Source: Lama guanicoe | Taxonomy: Eukaryota | NCBI GenBank assembly: GCA_013239625.1 | Contig: MU056277.1 | Coordinates: 1,156,076-1,220,075, forward strand | Direction: 5' to 3' | DNA length: 64,000 nucleotides | Notes under the pieces: model-generated | Seen by the model: the letters and a program-made list of their open reading frames with translations, nothing else | Told to the model about the DNA's origin: nothing | Databases searched by the model: none | Position numbers and translations under genes: made by a program | Shown: positions 39,521-51,686 of the stretch, piece after piece | Layout: each line of letters opens with the position of its first letter | Position numbering within the stretch: position 1 is the first letter of the stretch

Positions 39521-39573
39521 AGGGCGCTGCGGCGGGAGTCGGGGCCGAGCTGGGCGACCGCCAGAGAGCTCGA

Positions 39574-39606
39574 GCCCCCGGGCCCCCGGGCCCCCGGGCC
39601 CCCAGG
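39574..39606. repeat. (GCCCCCGG)x4 octamer tandem repeat
   Basis: gcccccgg gcccccgg gcccccgg gcccccag g. Confidence 0.85.
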
Positions 39607-41356
39607 CTGCAAGCTGCCCGTCATTCCCTTGTAGTGAGGACTGTCAACTCTGAGAAGAAGGGTCTGCGGTGCAGGGAGGAGGAAGCTCAAAACTGGGCAG
39701 ATTTTGTTACTATGTTGTTAGAATTCTTTTCCACGTTTTGTAACTACCTGTTGTCTCCAGTTCCTGACTAGTAGCCGTTAGGTAGTGCTTTTGTGAGAAT
39801 GTTACTAAAAGTGACCTTTACTCTTTCATGAAAGCTACTTGAAGTGGTATGTCCTTGTGGTTGGGTGTTCTAGAGTCAAGTGTGCTGCCTGCGGTCCCCG
39901 CGGCTTGTGGCGGCCCCTCGTGTCTGGGAGTTCGTGCGTTCGTTCGCTCTCCTGCCCCCGTCCCTCTTGGGTCACCCTACGCCCAGAACTGTTAGAGCTG
40001 GTGCTCTTTTCCCAAGCATTCGGTCCTGTAAGGGGTCGTGTTTCTTGTGGTAGCAGCTGCCCTGCCCTTAGGCTGACACCACCCTGTCTCAGGCCGGCCT
40101 CGCCTTCCCTGCGTGCTGCACGGACCTCCTGACCAGGCCTGACCTGCAGCTGACCCCTGCACATCCATCTCTCCATCAGCCTCTGGTCTGAGCTCTGCTC
40201 AGAAACTCTGGTGGCACCTGGTCATTCATGTATTTGTTCTCAGCTGTGTCTTACAGACTGGTCTTCGAGGCCCTTGTACAGGTCAGCTTGTCAGGGGAAG
40301 GCTGAGTTAGAAGGCAGTTCCCAAGTTGGGATAACCTGGGGGTCCCTCCTTCCCCTGCTGGCGCCTCAGCCCGGAAGAACCCTCCCTTTCTGCTGAGAGG
40401 CGTGATTTCCCACCGGGCTCTCCCTTCCCTTGGATCCACCTTCTTCCGCTTTTCCTCTTACCGTAGCCCTGCCTGTTCGCTCAGACCCGGGAGCACGGTC
40501 AGCCTCTGTTGATGCCGCCGGGCAGTAATGTGGGGACCCTGCGGGCTCAGTTGAGGATGGCCCGGTGTGTGAGGTTCCCCCAGCTCAGAGTCAGGCCCTG
40601 GCGTTGATCTGAGTCTTGCCTGTCAAGTCAGAGGCCGCTGGGCTGTAATCTGTCCCGGCAGCAGGAGCAGCTGTCTTACGGGGGAGAGCTGTTCAGCAGT
40701 TCTGGGCCTCGTCGAGCTCTTCCTGGGATTCACTCATTTTCACGCTAGGGAAGGAAAAGGGGCCCTTACGTGTCCCCTTTTACCTTCTGCTGTTGCTCTA
40801 ACTGCAGAGACGGAGGCTGGACAGTTTGTGCCGCCCTGCCTGCTACCAGACCCTCGGTAACACCTCGCCTCTTATGAGGCCCTGTCTGATGATGTCCCTG
40901 TGAGACCACTGATTGATGGCATCTGATACTCTGCCTGCCGTCAGGCCACAGTGACCCCTCCTGTCGTCAGGGCAGTGACGAGACCACACCTGACGTCAGG
41001 CCAGTGCCGCCTGCACCTGTGTCAGGTCTTGCTGGAGGTGCGGCCCTGGGGTCCCGCTCTCACACAGAGGCTGGGCTTCACCACGCCTGCTTCCTCACTG
41101 CCCGAGGCAGGAAGTCTGGGCTTGGGCACAGGCCCTTGCATCTGGACGCTGGAGGGGAGGCAGCGGCAGGCGGGCGTCCGAGGCCGGCGCCTGCCCCCGG
41201 CTTCGTGGCAGAGCAGCCACAGCCTGATGCTCTGCCGCCCCGTCTGCATGGCGGTGACCCACAAGCTCGCTCGCGCGCATTCTCCGCGTTAGCAGTGGTG
41301 GGCTGCCCTGCTGTCGTGGCACTCAGGGTGCCTTCCCCTGTGCTGCGTGTCTCCAG

Positions 41357-41479
41357 GGTGCCGGAAGCTCAGCAGAGAGTCGGAGGCTGCTTTCTAAACC
41401 TGATGCCGCAGATGAAGACCCTGTACCTTGCATACTGCGCCAACCACCCGTCGGCAGTGAGCGTCCTCACGGAGCACAG
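41357..41479 (+). CDS. ARHGEF7: ARHGEF7 exon, DH ([40 protein letters not shown])
   Basis: ctccag|G...CAG|gtgggt, 123 nt, phase 2 to 2. Confidence 0.97.
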
Positions 41480-44400
41480 GTGGGTCTCATGGAAGCGCGT
41501 CACCATCGAGAGGGCGGGCTGGCGGGCATCGCGGGGCCCCGTCCAGGGCAGCTGCTTCTGTGAAACACTACTGGAGGTGCGGTGCCGACAGTCACTTGTT
41601 CATTCAGTGAGGCTCGTTTTAATTACCGTCAAAGTTAGTGCCTGAGAAGTGCCGGTAAGAAGTCTCTTAACCCCTGATCAGCATTGTTGTAATGGAAAAG
41701 GGTGTGTTGTGAAGTGTCCCCTGCAGCCTGCGGACCTCCGGCCGGGGGCTGGACCAGCTGGCGAGTATTTTGAAAGGTGGCAGCCGGCTGAGTCCAGCTC
41801 GGTGGAGAGAAATGAGCGAGTGAGACAAGTCAGATGTGCTGTGGGAGGGAGGGCCCCGCTACACTGAGGACTGGGTCTCATTGGAAGGCACCAGGGTGGA
41901 GACTGTTAGCTTTAGCTTTTCACCCTGAAGCAGCACTGAAGCAGGGGAAGCAGTGTCCATTCGGGAACACGGCCATGTGTGTTTGCTGGGCCGCCCTGGG
42001 AAGGAGGGCGGACCAGCGGGGCAGGGGCCCTGTGGGTGTCAGAAAGCGCTGGACTGCTGTTTCTGCTTCTAGAAAGGCACACATTTGTATTAGTAAGTGT
42101 TGTAGAATATTTTTTCTGGTTTCTTTTGAAAAGAGCAGTTCAAGAAATTTTAAAGCCATAAATGAAAAACTATGTTAGCAGCATCAAGGTAAATGCCACT
42201 GTGCTTCTTATTTAAACATTTGACTTCAACTTACTCTTAACTAATGATTTTCGTTTCAAACTTAGAAGTTCCTTTGGTGAGCAGGCGCTGCTGAGCTGTT
42301 CGTAAATTGAGCTGAGGTTCCAGTGTAGCGTACCCCTGAGCGTGGCCGGGTCGTGTGGTCGTGGTGGGAGGGCCTCTGGGTCAGACAGACCCGGCCTGAG
42401 CCCTGTAGCCGCTGGGCCTCGGGGAGGTCGCATCTCTTCCCTGCTTTCAGCTCCCTCCTTGGGAGGCACCTGTGCAGAGGGTGTTGTAAGTGTGAGGCCG
42501 AACACGCGTGGTCCGGTCAGAGCGGAGAAGCTCAGTGAAGGCTCAGCAAATGTGGATGACTTCATTATCCTATCTGTGTGTTGCCCCTCCGACTCCGGGC
42601 GCTCGTGGTTTCTCAGAGCACTCAGATACTGAAGCATTAACATCTCTGGTGTCTCCATTTGCGTTAAAGCATCTCCAGTCCTGGAATGAAGCCAGCAGTC
42701 TCTGATGAAAGTCACAGTGATGGAAAGAAGGGAGATTAGGATACACGGTGACCACAGATCCAGAAAAACGCAAGGGACCCCCCCCCCCCGCATCCTTGAG
42801 CTTTTCCTTGGGTTTCTGGAGGTGGGCTGTGTCGGCGTGTACCTTTCTCAGACCGTGAGGCACGTGTCCGGGCGTGCGCTTCAGCGCCTGTGCTCCTCGG
42901 AATGACACGTTACGTGGAAATTCCGCGTCAGTGAAGTGCAGGGATTTCATTTGTGTCTGAAGATTCTTCGGGGATGGTTGAAACAGCCGGGGTGGGGAGT
43001 GGTAAGCAACAAGTAGAAAGCTAGGGTCGAACTGCGGGACCTCTTGCTTTTTCTCTCCTCCCCCTTTCTGGTCGGGGACTGGTCCTCTGGGGTGGGTGGG
43101 CAGGGTGGGGGACGCGGAAGTGCAGACACGTCCTGAGGGTGACATTTAAAGCAGTTCAGGCTGCTGAAGTTGCCTAAGACGTTAAGGTTGCCAAGGAAGC
43201 GCTTGCAGGCATGTGCGGTTTGCCTGCCTTCCGTCGTTTTCCTCGGATGGCTGTTGGTGTCGTAGCTGAAACCCAGAATGCCAGGGAGCGAGCGCAGGTG
43301 CGTGCTGAGTGGGGACCCCGCGTCTCCTTCCCGTGGCGTGTCCCGGAGTGGGGAGGACGGCGGTCGCGCTCTGGGAGCGTGTGCCCAGGGGCAGGAGGCT
43401 GTCCGGGCAGCGCAGGGCCTGCCCCGTCAGCAAGTCAGACGCCCCTGCCCAAAGCGGGAGTCTGTGCAGTGAGGCAGGGCTGGCAGCCTCTGTCAGCATT
43501 GGCTACTTATTGTGGGATCTTAACCTGTAACCTCTTTCCCGCTTCCTCACACTTGCTGAAGTCTGAAGACTGTCACACTCGGGTGGATTAATCTGGTTTT
43601 TTGTTTGTTTGCTTGAACGTACTTTTTAAGGGTTGATCAAGTGTCGTGTTTTGCCTTATTTGCGGTCTCCTGGCCCCTGCACTGTGTTGGCTTGAGGTCT
43701 GTGTGTGAGCCTGGAGGGGGCACCTGTGGAATCACGGCAGGTGTGCTTCTGCGTTGTCACGCGGTGGTAGCCAGCCCGGGGGCCTGACTGCCTGTCTTGA
43801 GTGAGTTATGGTTCATAAGTCAGAGCGTAGGGCGAGGTTCACTCTCCCTGGCACGCTGGTGTCGCTCTTTGCTTGGCTCCGAGACGGCGCTTTTCGATGG
43901 TGTCATCTCAGTAAACACCCCGTGTTGGGGTTGCCAGCATCAGTAGAAATTAAGCTGAAAGGGCCTTTGTTTTGTCGAAAAAGCTGTAACCAGCTATTTC
44001 GCCTTGTTTTTTTATGGTGGCACTTTTTTTTAAAAACTGAAAAAAAATGGAACAAAATACAGTGGTCTATAAAGATTTATGAAAAGCTCTGTTTCCTTAA
44101 CTGTGTACGTGTCTAGCATTGCAAAAGTGTCATGTTGATATTTATAGAAGTTACTTTTGCTTGCAGAAATTCCACATGGATATTTAGTTGTAAGGGATTT
44201 GGGGGGGAGTGATGAGTGTAATTTTCTTTGTTTTGTTAATTTTTTTCTGCCATAACTATATAGTTATGCAATTTCAGATATAATGTGGAAATATCAAAAA
44301 TGACCCAAGGAATCTTTCAAGAGTTTGCTTGTGGTAGAAAAGGCCCCAATGGGATTATATTTAAAGGAGTCGAAATGTGCTGTTAGAACCATTAACTTCC

Positions 44401-45619
44401 ATTTTTATGGGACTGTGCTTGATCAGTTGCTCAGCTCTTAGAGAAATGCCAGTAAAATATAAGTGTTCCCTGCTTAAATCCATCACTTCACCATTTCACG
44501 GTATGCACACGTCAGGGGCTGGAGGAGTGAGTAATGCAAGAGGTGGGCACTTGTGAATGAGCACACATAAGCGGCAGAGCGGGGTGGGAGGGGCCAACGG
44601 GCACGGGGTCCCGGGGCCGCACTTGGGTTGACTGGTGGGAATGGAGGCAGTGGCCTTCGCCCGCCGTCTCTTCTGCACAAATACACGGTGATCCGCGTCG
44701 CAGGCCCGGGTGGTGTTTGCGGAGACGCATGGAAGCTTCTGCTCTGATGCCTGGTGCAGGGCACGTGTCCAGGTGGGCTGCCTCCTTCCCTTCCTCCTCC
44801 TGACGGCCGCTCCTGTCTGTCTGTCTCCCTGTCCCTGAGCTCAGGGTAGATGGGCCAGGGGGCAGCCCTGAGGGTCAGACCTGGAGCACCTGCAGTTACC
44901 TGCCCATCTCTTGCGGGAGGAAGGGGAAAGGCAGGGAGATGGTCGAGTGTGTAACTGTGCAGACCGGCCCGTGGATGCCGCCCTGGTCAGCACCGGCTCG
45001 CCCGTGACAGAGTCCTAAAGCATCACTGAGCCTGGCTTCATCGTCCCCGCCCTGTGGTTTCCCAGGAAAGCCAGTCTTCGAGAGCACAGTTACATGCACA
45101 GAGACGTTGGGTCACGTGTCGTCTTTGCGAGCATGTGTCCACACGGGACCCTAGAGGTAGCCTGGCAGCCCTTGCAGTAACAGACCGCACCGGCACGCGG
45201 GCCGCCTCACAGGCAGCCTTCCTGCTGATGGGGATGAGAACGTGTTTATTGTATGTGTTGAGTTGCTGTAACTAGGATTTTGTGGAAAATTTCCCTTTTT
45301 ATACTTTGCTCTGATTTGGTAATATCACCCGAGTATGTACATACATTTATTAAAACAGTAAATTTTTTGAAAGAAATATGTGTATATGTGTAGGTGACTG
45401 GCATCAGGGGCAGGGCGCCCCCTCCCCGGCCAGACGCCGACCCTCCCTCCACCCGAGCCCAGGCAGGAGCAGTCTGCACTGGGGGCTGGCGCGCTCCAGA
45501 CTGCAAGGCTCGTTTCCCAGCCACTCACTAGTTTTCAACCTGGTATTTGAGATCTTGTGTCTCTAAGTCGATCTAGTTAAGTAGAGTGCCTTCAGTGGAG
45601 CCACTGCAGTCAGCTGGGG

Positions 45620-45640
45620 NNNNNNNNNNNNNNNNNNNNN
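45620..45640. other. Assembly gap (21 N) between G-rich flanks
   Basis: N run. Confidence 1.
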
Positions 45641-46278
45641 GGTCAGGCGGTGGAGGGGTGGGGGGTCAGAGGTAGGGGGCGCCCGCTGCGTTGCTCACAG
45701 CCCCACGGGAAGTCATTTTAGGTTGAACTGTAGGAACGGCCAGTCACCCCTGAACCAGCCGTCTCCCATGGTCTGGCCTGCGCACCTTACGTATTTCCAC
45801 CAGGAGCCCTCCCTGTGGCTGCTGTGCCCAGGGTGCTTGGGCAGGGGGCCAGGTGAGCGGGGCGGGGGTCGAGGAGTGAGGCGGACTCAGGACCTGCCCC
45901 AGGGGCGGCGGGCTCAGCGGTTCTTCGGAACTTGGGGGTTTATTTTACGGCTCCATTTGTGCTGCTCCTCCCAGTAGGTGACGAGGGTCCGAGGCTGTGT
46001 GCCTCCCCACGTCCCAGCCTACATGCAGGGTTACCTAGCAAACCAGGCGTTCTCTGTTGTGCACACATGGATTTGCTCTTGGTGGGGGCGTTAACATGAG
46101 CCTCCTGGGGTCTCCCCTTTGGGGTTAGAAACAACCAGCACGTGGTCGGCTTTGAAAGCTGTAGTCTCCGAGATGTCCAAGCCCCCACTGCAGTCCACGG
46201 ACCCGGGGTTGGGGGGTAGGGGCGTGTCCCTCTGAATGCTAACGGTGGCCTCTTCTCTCCCCTCGCTGCCTGTGGCAG

Positions 46279-46417
46279 TGAGGAGTTGGGAGAGTTCATG
46301 GAGATGAAGGGCGCCAGCAGCCCGGGCATCCTCGTGCTGACCACCGGCCTCAGCAAGCCGTTCATGCGTCTGGACAAGTACCCTGCGCTGCTCAAGGAGC
46401 TGGAGAGACACATGGAG
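46279..46417 (+). CDS. ARHGEF7: ARHGEF7 exon, DH ([46 protein letters not shown])
   Basis: tggcag|T...GAG|gtaccc, 139 nt; DH CR3-type KP..RL.KYP.LL.EL motif; branch-like gctaac at ~46238. Confidence 0.97.
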
Positions 46418-47032
46418 GTACCCCCGAGCCGCTGCCATGGGTTTCCAGAGTGGTTTTGCTGAGTACCACACGGTTTTCCCTGGCCCAGCTCTGAGGGTGG
46501 CTGTGTGCCCCTTTGTCTCCTGCCTCATCCACCCCTGCTGGTAGAGGGACTTCCAAACCTGGGAAATGTTAAGCTGAGTTATAAACAGCACTGGAGTCCT
46601 CCGGGAACAGCCGTCTGTATGTGTCAAGTGCGTGAGTTGTTGAGCAACAGTAGTAAAAGATTCTACTGATGATAAATATTTACCGTGCTCTCTGCCAGCG
46701 ACTGTGGGCCTGGGAGACAGCTGGGGTTGGGTTACTGGCTTGCCTAGGGTGCAGCGAGCTTTCTCCCAAAAGGCAGGCCATCTGGTTTCCTTCATGGCTG
46801 CTCACCTCTGCCCTTCTGTGACGAGTGGGTGTGGGGGTGCCAGCTTTTCCAGATTACTGTCCATCAGCCCCATGACTCTCTTGAAGACTGACAGATGGTC
46901 CTCTAATGCAGAGAAGAATCGGGCAGGTTACATGTTGAAAATACTGGGAAGGTTTGAGCTAGTCCACAGAGTGCCTTTCTAAGAAAGACCTTTTCACTAT
47001 GAGAGCTAACGGTGTGCTTCTTTTGTTTAAAG

Positions 47033-47092
47033 GATTATCATCCAGATAGACAAGACATTCAGAAATCTATGACCGCCTTCAAAAACCTTTCC
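47033..47092 (+). CDS. ARHGEF7: ARHGEF7 exon, DH (DYHPDRQDIQKSMTAFKNLS)
   Basis: tttaaag|GAT...TCC|gtaagt, 60 nt, phase 0 to 0. Confidence 0.96.
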
Positions 47093-47805
47093 GTAAGTGA
47101 TGAAGCATGTTGTTTTAAGTTTTCTTTTTCCCTCAGACATTATTATGGCAAATGAAGGCAGAAAATTAGTTTTGTCACCTCAAGTTAGATGATGAAAATT
47201 TACTTGTGAAGTAGAACCTGGGTTCACTCGGGAATGAAAACAGCTTTGTAGTAGTTATTCCGTGGCTGCAAACTCTCATGCTTTCCTGGACTGTGGACAC
47301 CAGACAAATGGGATGATAATTGTTTAAGTTTTGAAACAGTGCCATAGCTACTTAGGAATGGCTTAGAACATGTTTTTAACCACCACCCTGTGTCTTTAGT
47401 GACACAGTGTGGAGTGGGGTCCCGGCGGGTCTTTTCATCTGTTGTCATCTGTCTTCCTGACAGTGTTTTCTGCAACACATGCCTTATTTATAGCACAAGT
47501 GGTGCTGACCCTTCTCAGTCTTCTCTGTTGGCATTCACTCATAGATCAGAAAATACTTTTCTTGTCCAGTCCACGTTTCTTCTGACAGTGGCAAGATGTG
47601 CTCTGGTTTCTGCATAGTGTCTGTCCTTCCAGAGCTGTTCGTGTGTGTTGTCTCTCTTGACTTGATTCCGTGCCTGTGAGTCACACAAGTTGCTCAGTAG
47701 GTTACCTGTCTTGAGAAGAGGTAAGACACAAAGCAGTGTGGCCAGCACACAAGATTCCACAAGTCCTGGTCTCCTGCTTTACCAGCGCCGTCCTGTGCTT
47801 CTCAG

Positions 47806-47952
47806 GCCCAGTGCCAGGAGGTGCGGAAGCGGAAAGAACTGGAGCTGCAGATCCTGACGGAGGCCATCCGGAGCTGGGAGGGGGACGACATCAAGACCCT
47901 GGGCAGCGTCATTTACATGTCCCAGGTCCTGATTCAGTGTGCCGGGAGCGAG
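47806..47952 (+). CDS. ARHGEF7: ARHGEF7 exon, DH end/PH start ([30 protein letters not shown]...CAGSE)
   Basis: ttctcag|GCC...GAG|gtatgc, 147 nt. Confidence 0.97.
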
Positions 47953-49031
47953 GTATGCTGGGGCACGGGGACACGAGGCACCTGCCCCTGTGCTGGCCGA
48001 GCTTTGCTCTCACGCCCCTCTCTGACTTGCGTTCCTGAAGCCATTCAGAGCCTGGGACAAAAATTGAGTTAAGAGCCAAACATAACTTGTATTAGATGTA
48101 ATTTGTTTTCTAAATGCTTTTTAGGATTCCTCAGCCACAGTCAAAACTGTAAATTCTGTAGAATGTTACGTTTTCATGCTCATGTTTTAGCAAAGTTTAA
48201 AGGAAGGTCAAATGATGATGACATTTAACGGGTCTGAAACCAGATCTTTGTGACAGTAGCCCCACGCCGTGCAAACTGAGCAGTTTGTGCCTCACTATTC
48301 CTGGGAGTTACATGTTAATTGGGTCAATAGGCAAGTACCTCTTTTTGCGTTTTATTCCATCCTTGAGGAGAATAATTACTGCGATCAAAATATGCTAATG
48401 ACGCATTTTCAAACATGAGACTCTTAGGCTGGTCAGAAAGCTGAAACTTAACTCTCAAGGCACATTCCTTCCTGCCTGTCAAAGTTTAAAGTGATGCTCC
48501 CTCTCTGGGTTCCGTCGGTTCAGAAGAACTTACGACGGCGTCCTGGTCCGCTGCCCTGATCAAATGCCCAGGTCTTTCACATAATCTGGGTAAAGTCTAC
48601 AGGATGGATGGAAGCAACATTGAGCTGGCGTGTTGTGGTTTTAGGCTGGTGCCAGGATCTGTCAGTGGACTGAGACTGATTTCAGCGTTAGGGTCCACCT
48701 GGACCCCTGCTCCCACTGAAATTTTATAGGATCTTTTCCTCCATTTTCTGTCACCCACAGAAAGAAAACTTTAGACTAATTTGGAGTTAATGGCAGAGCT
48801 GAACTCCTTAACCAAATTTTATAAAAAGAGATTACATGATCTGTGTGTGAGTCTAAGAATTTATCGTAAGTTTGTTTCCATTTAATTTAGATAATAAAAT
48901 TTGGTAGAGAGAAATATCTAAACAGGAATTATGGTATAATGTTTCATCAGGCCTAATATAAATATTTGTTGTCACACTTGTAAATGTGTTTTTTATAAAA
49001 TTATTTGAATTTGTTTGTTCTCTTACATCAG

Positions 49032-49118
49032 GAAAAGAATGAAAGATACCTTCTACTCTTCCCAAATATTTTGCTAATGTTGTCTGCCAGTCCTAGGATG
49101 AGTGGTTTTATCTATCAG
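49032..49118 (+). CDS. ARHGEF7: ARHGEF7 exon, PH ([29 protein letters not shown]), includes S340
   Basis: acatcag|GAA...CAG|gtaaaa, 87 nt; counting from Met 26218 the RMS serine is residue 340, the known phosphosite. Confidence 0.97.
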
Positions 49119-51273
49119 GTAAAATCCATTTTAAATTTGTTTGTTGTGAATCTGAAAATCATTTCCAGGCTTGCTTTGAATCTTCGAGTTAAATACCCCG
49201 CCTGTCCGTGTGTCACGTGCCGTGTTACACGTGTGGTGTCACGTTCAAGTACGTTCGTGCCACTCCCGCCTGTGTTTCGATGTGACCGCGAATTGACCCT
49301 TGTGTTAATCCGAAGCGAAAAGAGAAGGAAACAGGTGACAGTCGTAGAGCTAGCCGTGCGGACACAGACTGCGGAGGGGCAAGGCCAGCTCGATCCCCAC
49401 CTGCAGCAGGGCCTGCAGTCGCCCCTTCTTCCCCGGCGGCTGGTGGGGCTGGCCTGAGCGCGGCCCGATGGTGCGAGCAGTGCACGGCCGAGGGTCAGCG
49501 CGCAGACGCCAGGTGGTGTGAGCGGTGGCCGGTGATCATTTACCCTTTTCTAATTTTAATCATTTTTCCTGTTTTCGTTGAGAAGATGCGCGAGCTGATT
49601 TTAGAAGGAAGTGCAACGGAAGATCTTCGTCTAGGCTAATTTAAAATGTGGCATTAAGTGCCTTACATTTTCTCTGCGCGTCTCGCCGGTGCTTCTGGCA
49701 AGTCTGCTCCTTTTTCCTGTGTTGTTATAGAAGCCACTGCCTTTCCCATCGAGTCTTCAAGGCCTGATGAGGCCCAGGTGCTGGTTGACCAGCCAGCCGC
49801 CACACTTGCTGTGGCGCCTCGTCTGCATCATCCCCGACGGGAGCGCTCGTGGGTCCTGAGTCCAGAGGGCCCGTGCTTGCTGGTACTTGCCTGGAAAGCT
49901 GTGCTGCCCGAGAGGCTCTGTCCTCACTCAGTTACTCCGGAAGGGCCTCCAGTACTGACAGGGCAGCCCCTGTGACACGTGGGCGGGCCCAGAGAGGGGC
50001 CTCTCAGTCTGTGAGACCGACCTGGGTCCCGCCAGCCGGCAGCTCCTGCTGCCTCGGTGACCCCGGAGAGCGAAATGCGGAGGCCTTTCCAGGTGGTGCT
50101 CCCTGCCTTTCTGCTCTGCACCCCGGGAGGCTGAGCCAGGGCCCTGCTGACCGAGGGAACCGAGGGTGCCAGCTGGGGCAGGCCCAGGCCCCTCGTGCCA
50201 TGGGCAGGGCCCTGTTTCCCACCCGGCGCACAGTTTCCTGGGCAGTTTCTCTCCAGTGCTGTGACACATGGTCCATGTGTTGCCAGCATTCTTTCTGGCC
50301 TTAAAGGACATCAGAGAGCACTGAACCCAGCCACGACTGCACACCCTGTCCTCTGGTGGTGCTGCTGCTGGGTCACACGCAGTCACGCAGCTCTGTTCTC
50401 CGTAGGGTCACCTCTGTGCCTCAGGGCTCCTGGGGAGGCGTATGCAGTGTCCCGCATCTGACCACAGCGGGCCAGCTGCTGTCCGTTGTCCCACCTCTGA
50501 CCTTCAGGACAGGCTTCTCAGCCCTGTTGTCCTCGGGGCTGGATGGTGCCTGTGCGGGGGGACGGCCTCGTGCTCTCCTGGTAGATGTCAGAGCCCAGGC
50601 CCTGGGAGACTTTCCCTCAAGGCTGGGTGGTGTGTCTGCTGCCTTGGTTTTAGTTCTGCCCTGTTTGTGGTGGCCTATGAGCAGCCCACGCAGGATCTCT
50701 CTTCCTGGACACTTCCTGCTCCCCTTCCCGAGCCCCCCGTTTTCGGAGCGGGCGGTTGCCTGCGGTTTTCTGCATTTTGTGCGGTGCTCAGCACACCTGT
50801 TGACTTCCTGTCTGGTGGACGACTACATGCCACTGTTGCATAAGTCCTCTTGCTCCAGTTCCCCTCTCATTTTCCCTCCTTCCTCTGCGTTTCTTTCAGG
50901 CAGAGCTGTGCCTCCTTTCCATAAACAACATCCTTTAAAACAGCTACTGTAGGCATAGGGTTTTTTAAGTCATAATGTGTAATGTTTTTATGTTCTGCTG
51001 TTTATGTGTAGAGTAACTCATCAGATGAAGTTTATTTTTGTTCTAGTTTGCTGCCCTGTACCTCTTTGCCGGCTCAGTTTCTTAACTATAGTGACATTAT
51101 TTCTTATTTGAGGTAGAGGTGTTCGTATTATACGTGCATCTGGTACAAACAAGAGTGTTTTTGGTTTACAGATAGTTCCTCTGCCATTTCTAAAAGCATG
51201 TAATATTTACTTTAGAAAGGGTACCTTCTTTCCTAGAAAGCACTAACTTTTTTCGGGGGGGGGTCTTTTTTAG

Positions 51274-51352
51274 GGAAAGCTGCCAACGACAGGAATGACG
51301 ATCACAAAGCTTGAGGACAGTGAAAATCATAGAAACGCGTTTGAAATAGCAG
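51274..51352 (+). CDS. ARHGEF7: ARHGEF7 exon, PH (GKLPTTGMTITKLEDSENHRNAFEIA)
   Basis: tttttag|GGA...GCAG|gtgaag, 79 nt; cactaac branch point at 51241. Confidence 0.96.
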
Positions 51353-51546
51353 GTGAAGAAGGCTCAGACTTCGTGGGGGCCACCTGCCACGCTGTCGGGC
51401 AAGAGGCAGTGCCCTGGCTGTGTGCAGCCTCTGCCTGGCTCTCTCTAGGCTGGTGTCGAAGCGTCGTTGAGTCATCCCCGGGGGCGCGTGCGTGGGTGCT
51501 CGCTCCACCCATTTCCCCGTTTCAGCCTGAGCTGTGTCTCTTCCAG

Positions 51547-51686
51547 GGAGCATGATTGAGCGGATCTTGGTGTCCTGCAACAACCAGCAGGACCTCCACG
51601 AGTGGGTGGACCACCTGCAGAAGCAAACGAAGGTCACGTCTGTGGGAAACCCCACCATCAAGCCTCACTCTGTGCCGTCTCATACT
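51547..51686 (+). CDS. ARHGEF7: ARHGEF7 exon, PH end (SMIERILVSCNNQQDLHEWVDHLQKQ...PSHT)
   Basis: ttccag|GG...ACT|gtaagg, 140 nt; PH C-terminal helix with conserved Trp. Confidence 0.97.

Noticed and set aside
44251-44268. Perfect 18-bp palindrome CATAACTATATAGTTATG
   Set aside because: Chance expectation in 64 kb is about 0.24 (64000/4^9), higher in AT-rich DNA; probably inside an old L1 tail; not loxP.
46091-46795. 234-aa minus-strand ORF overlapping a DH exon
   Set aside because: Antisense shadow of a GC3-rich exon with no recognisable protein features.
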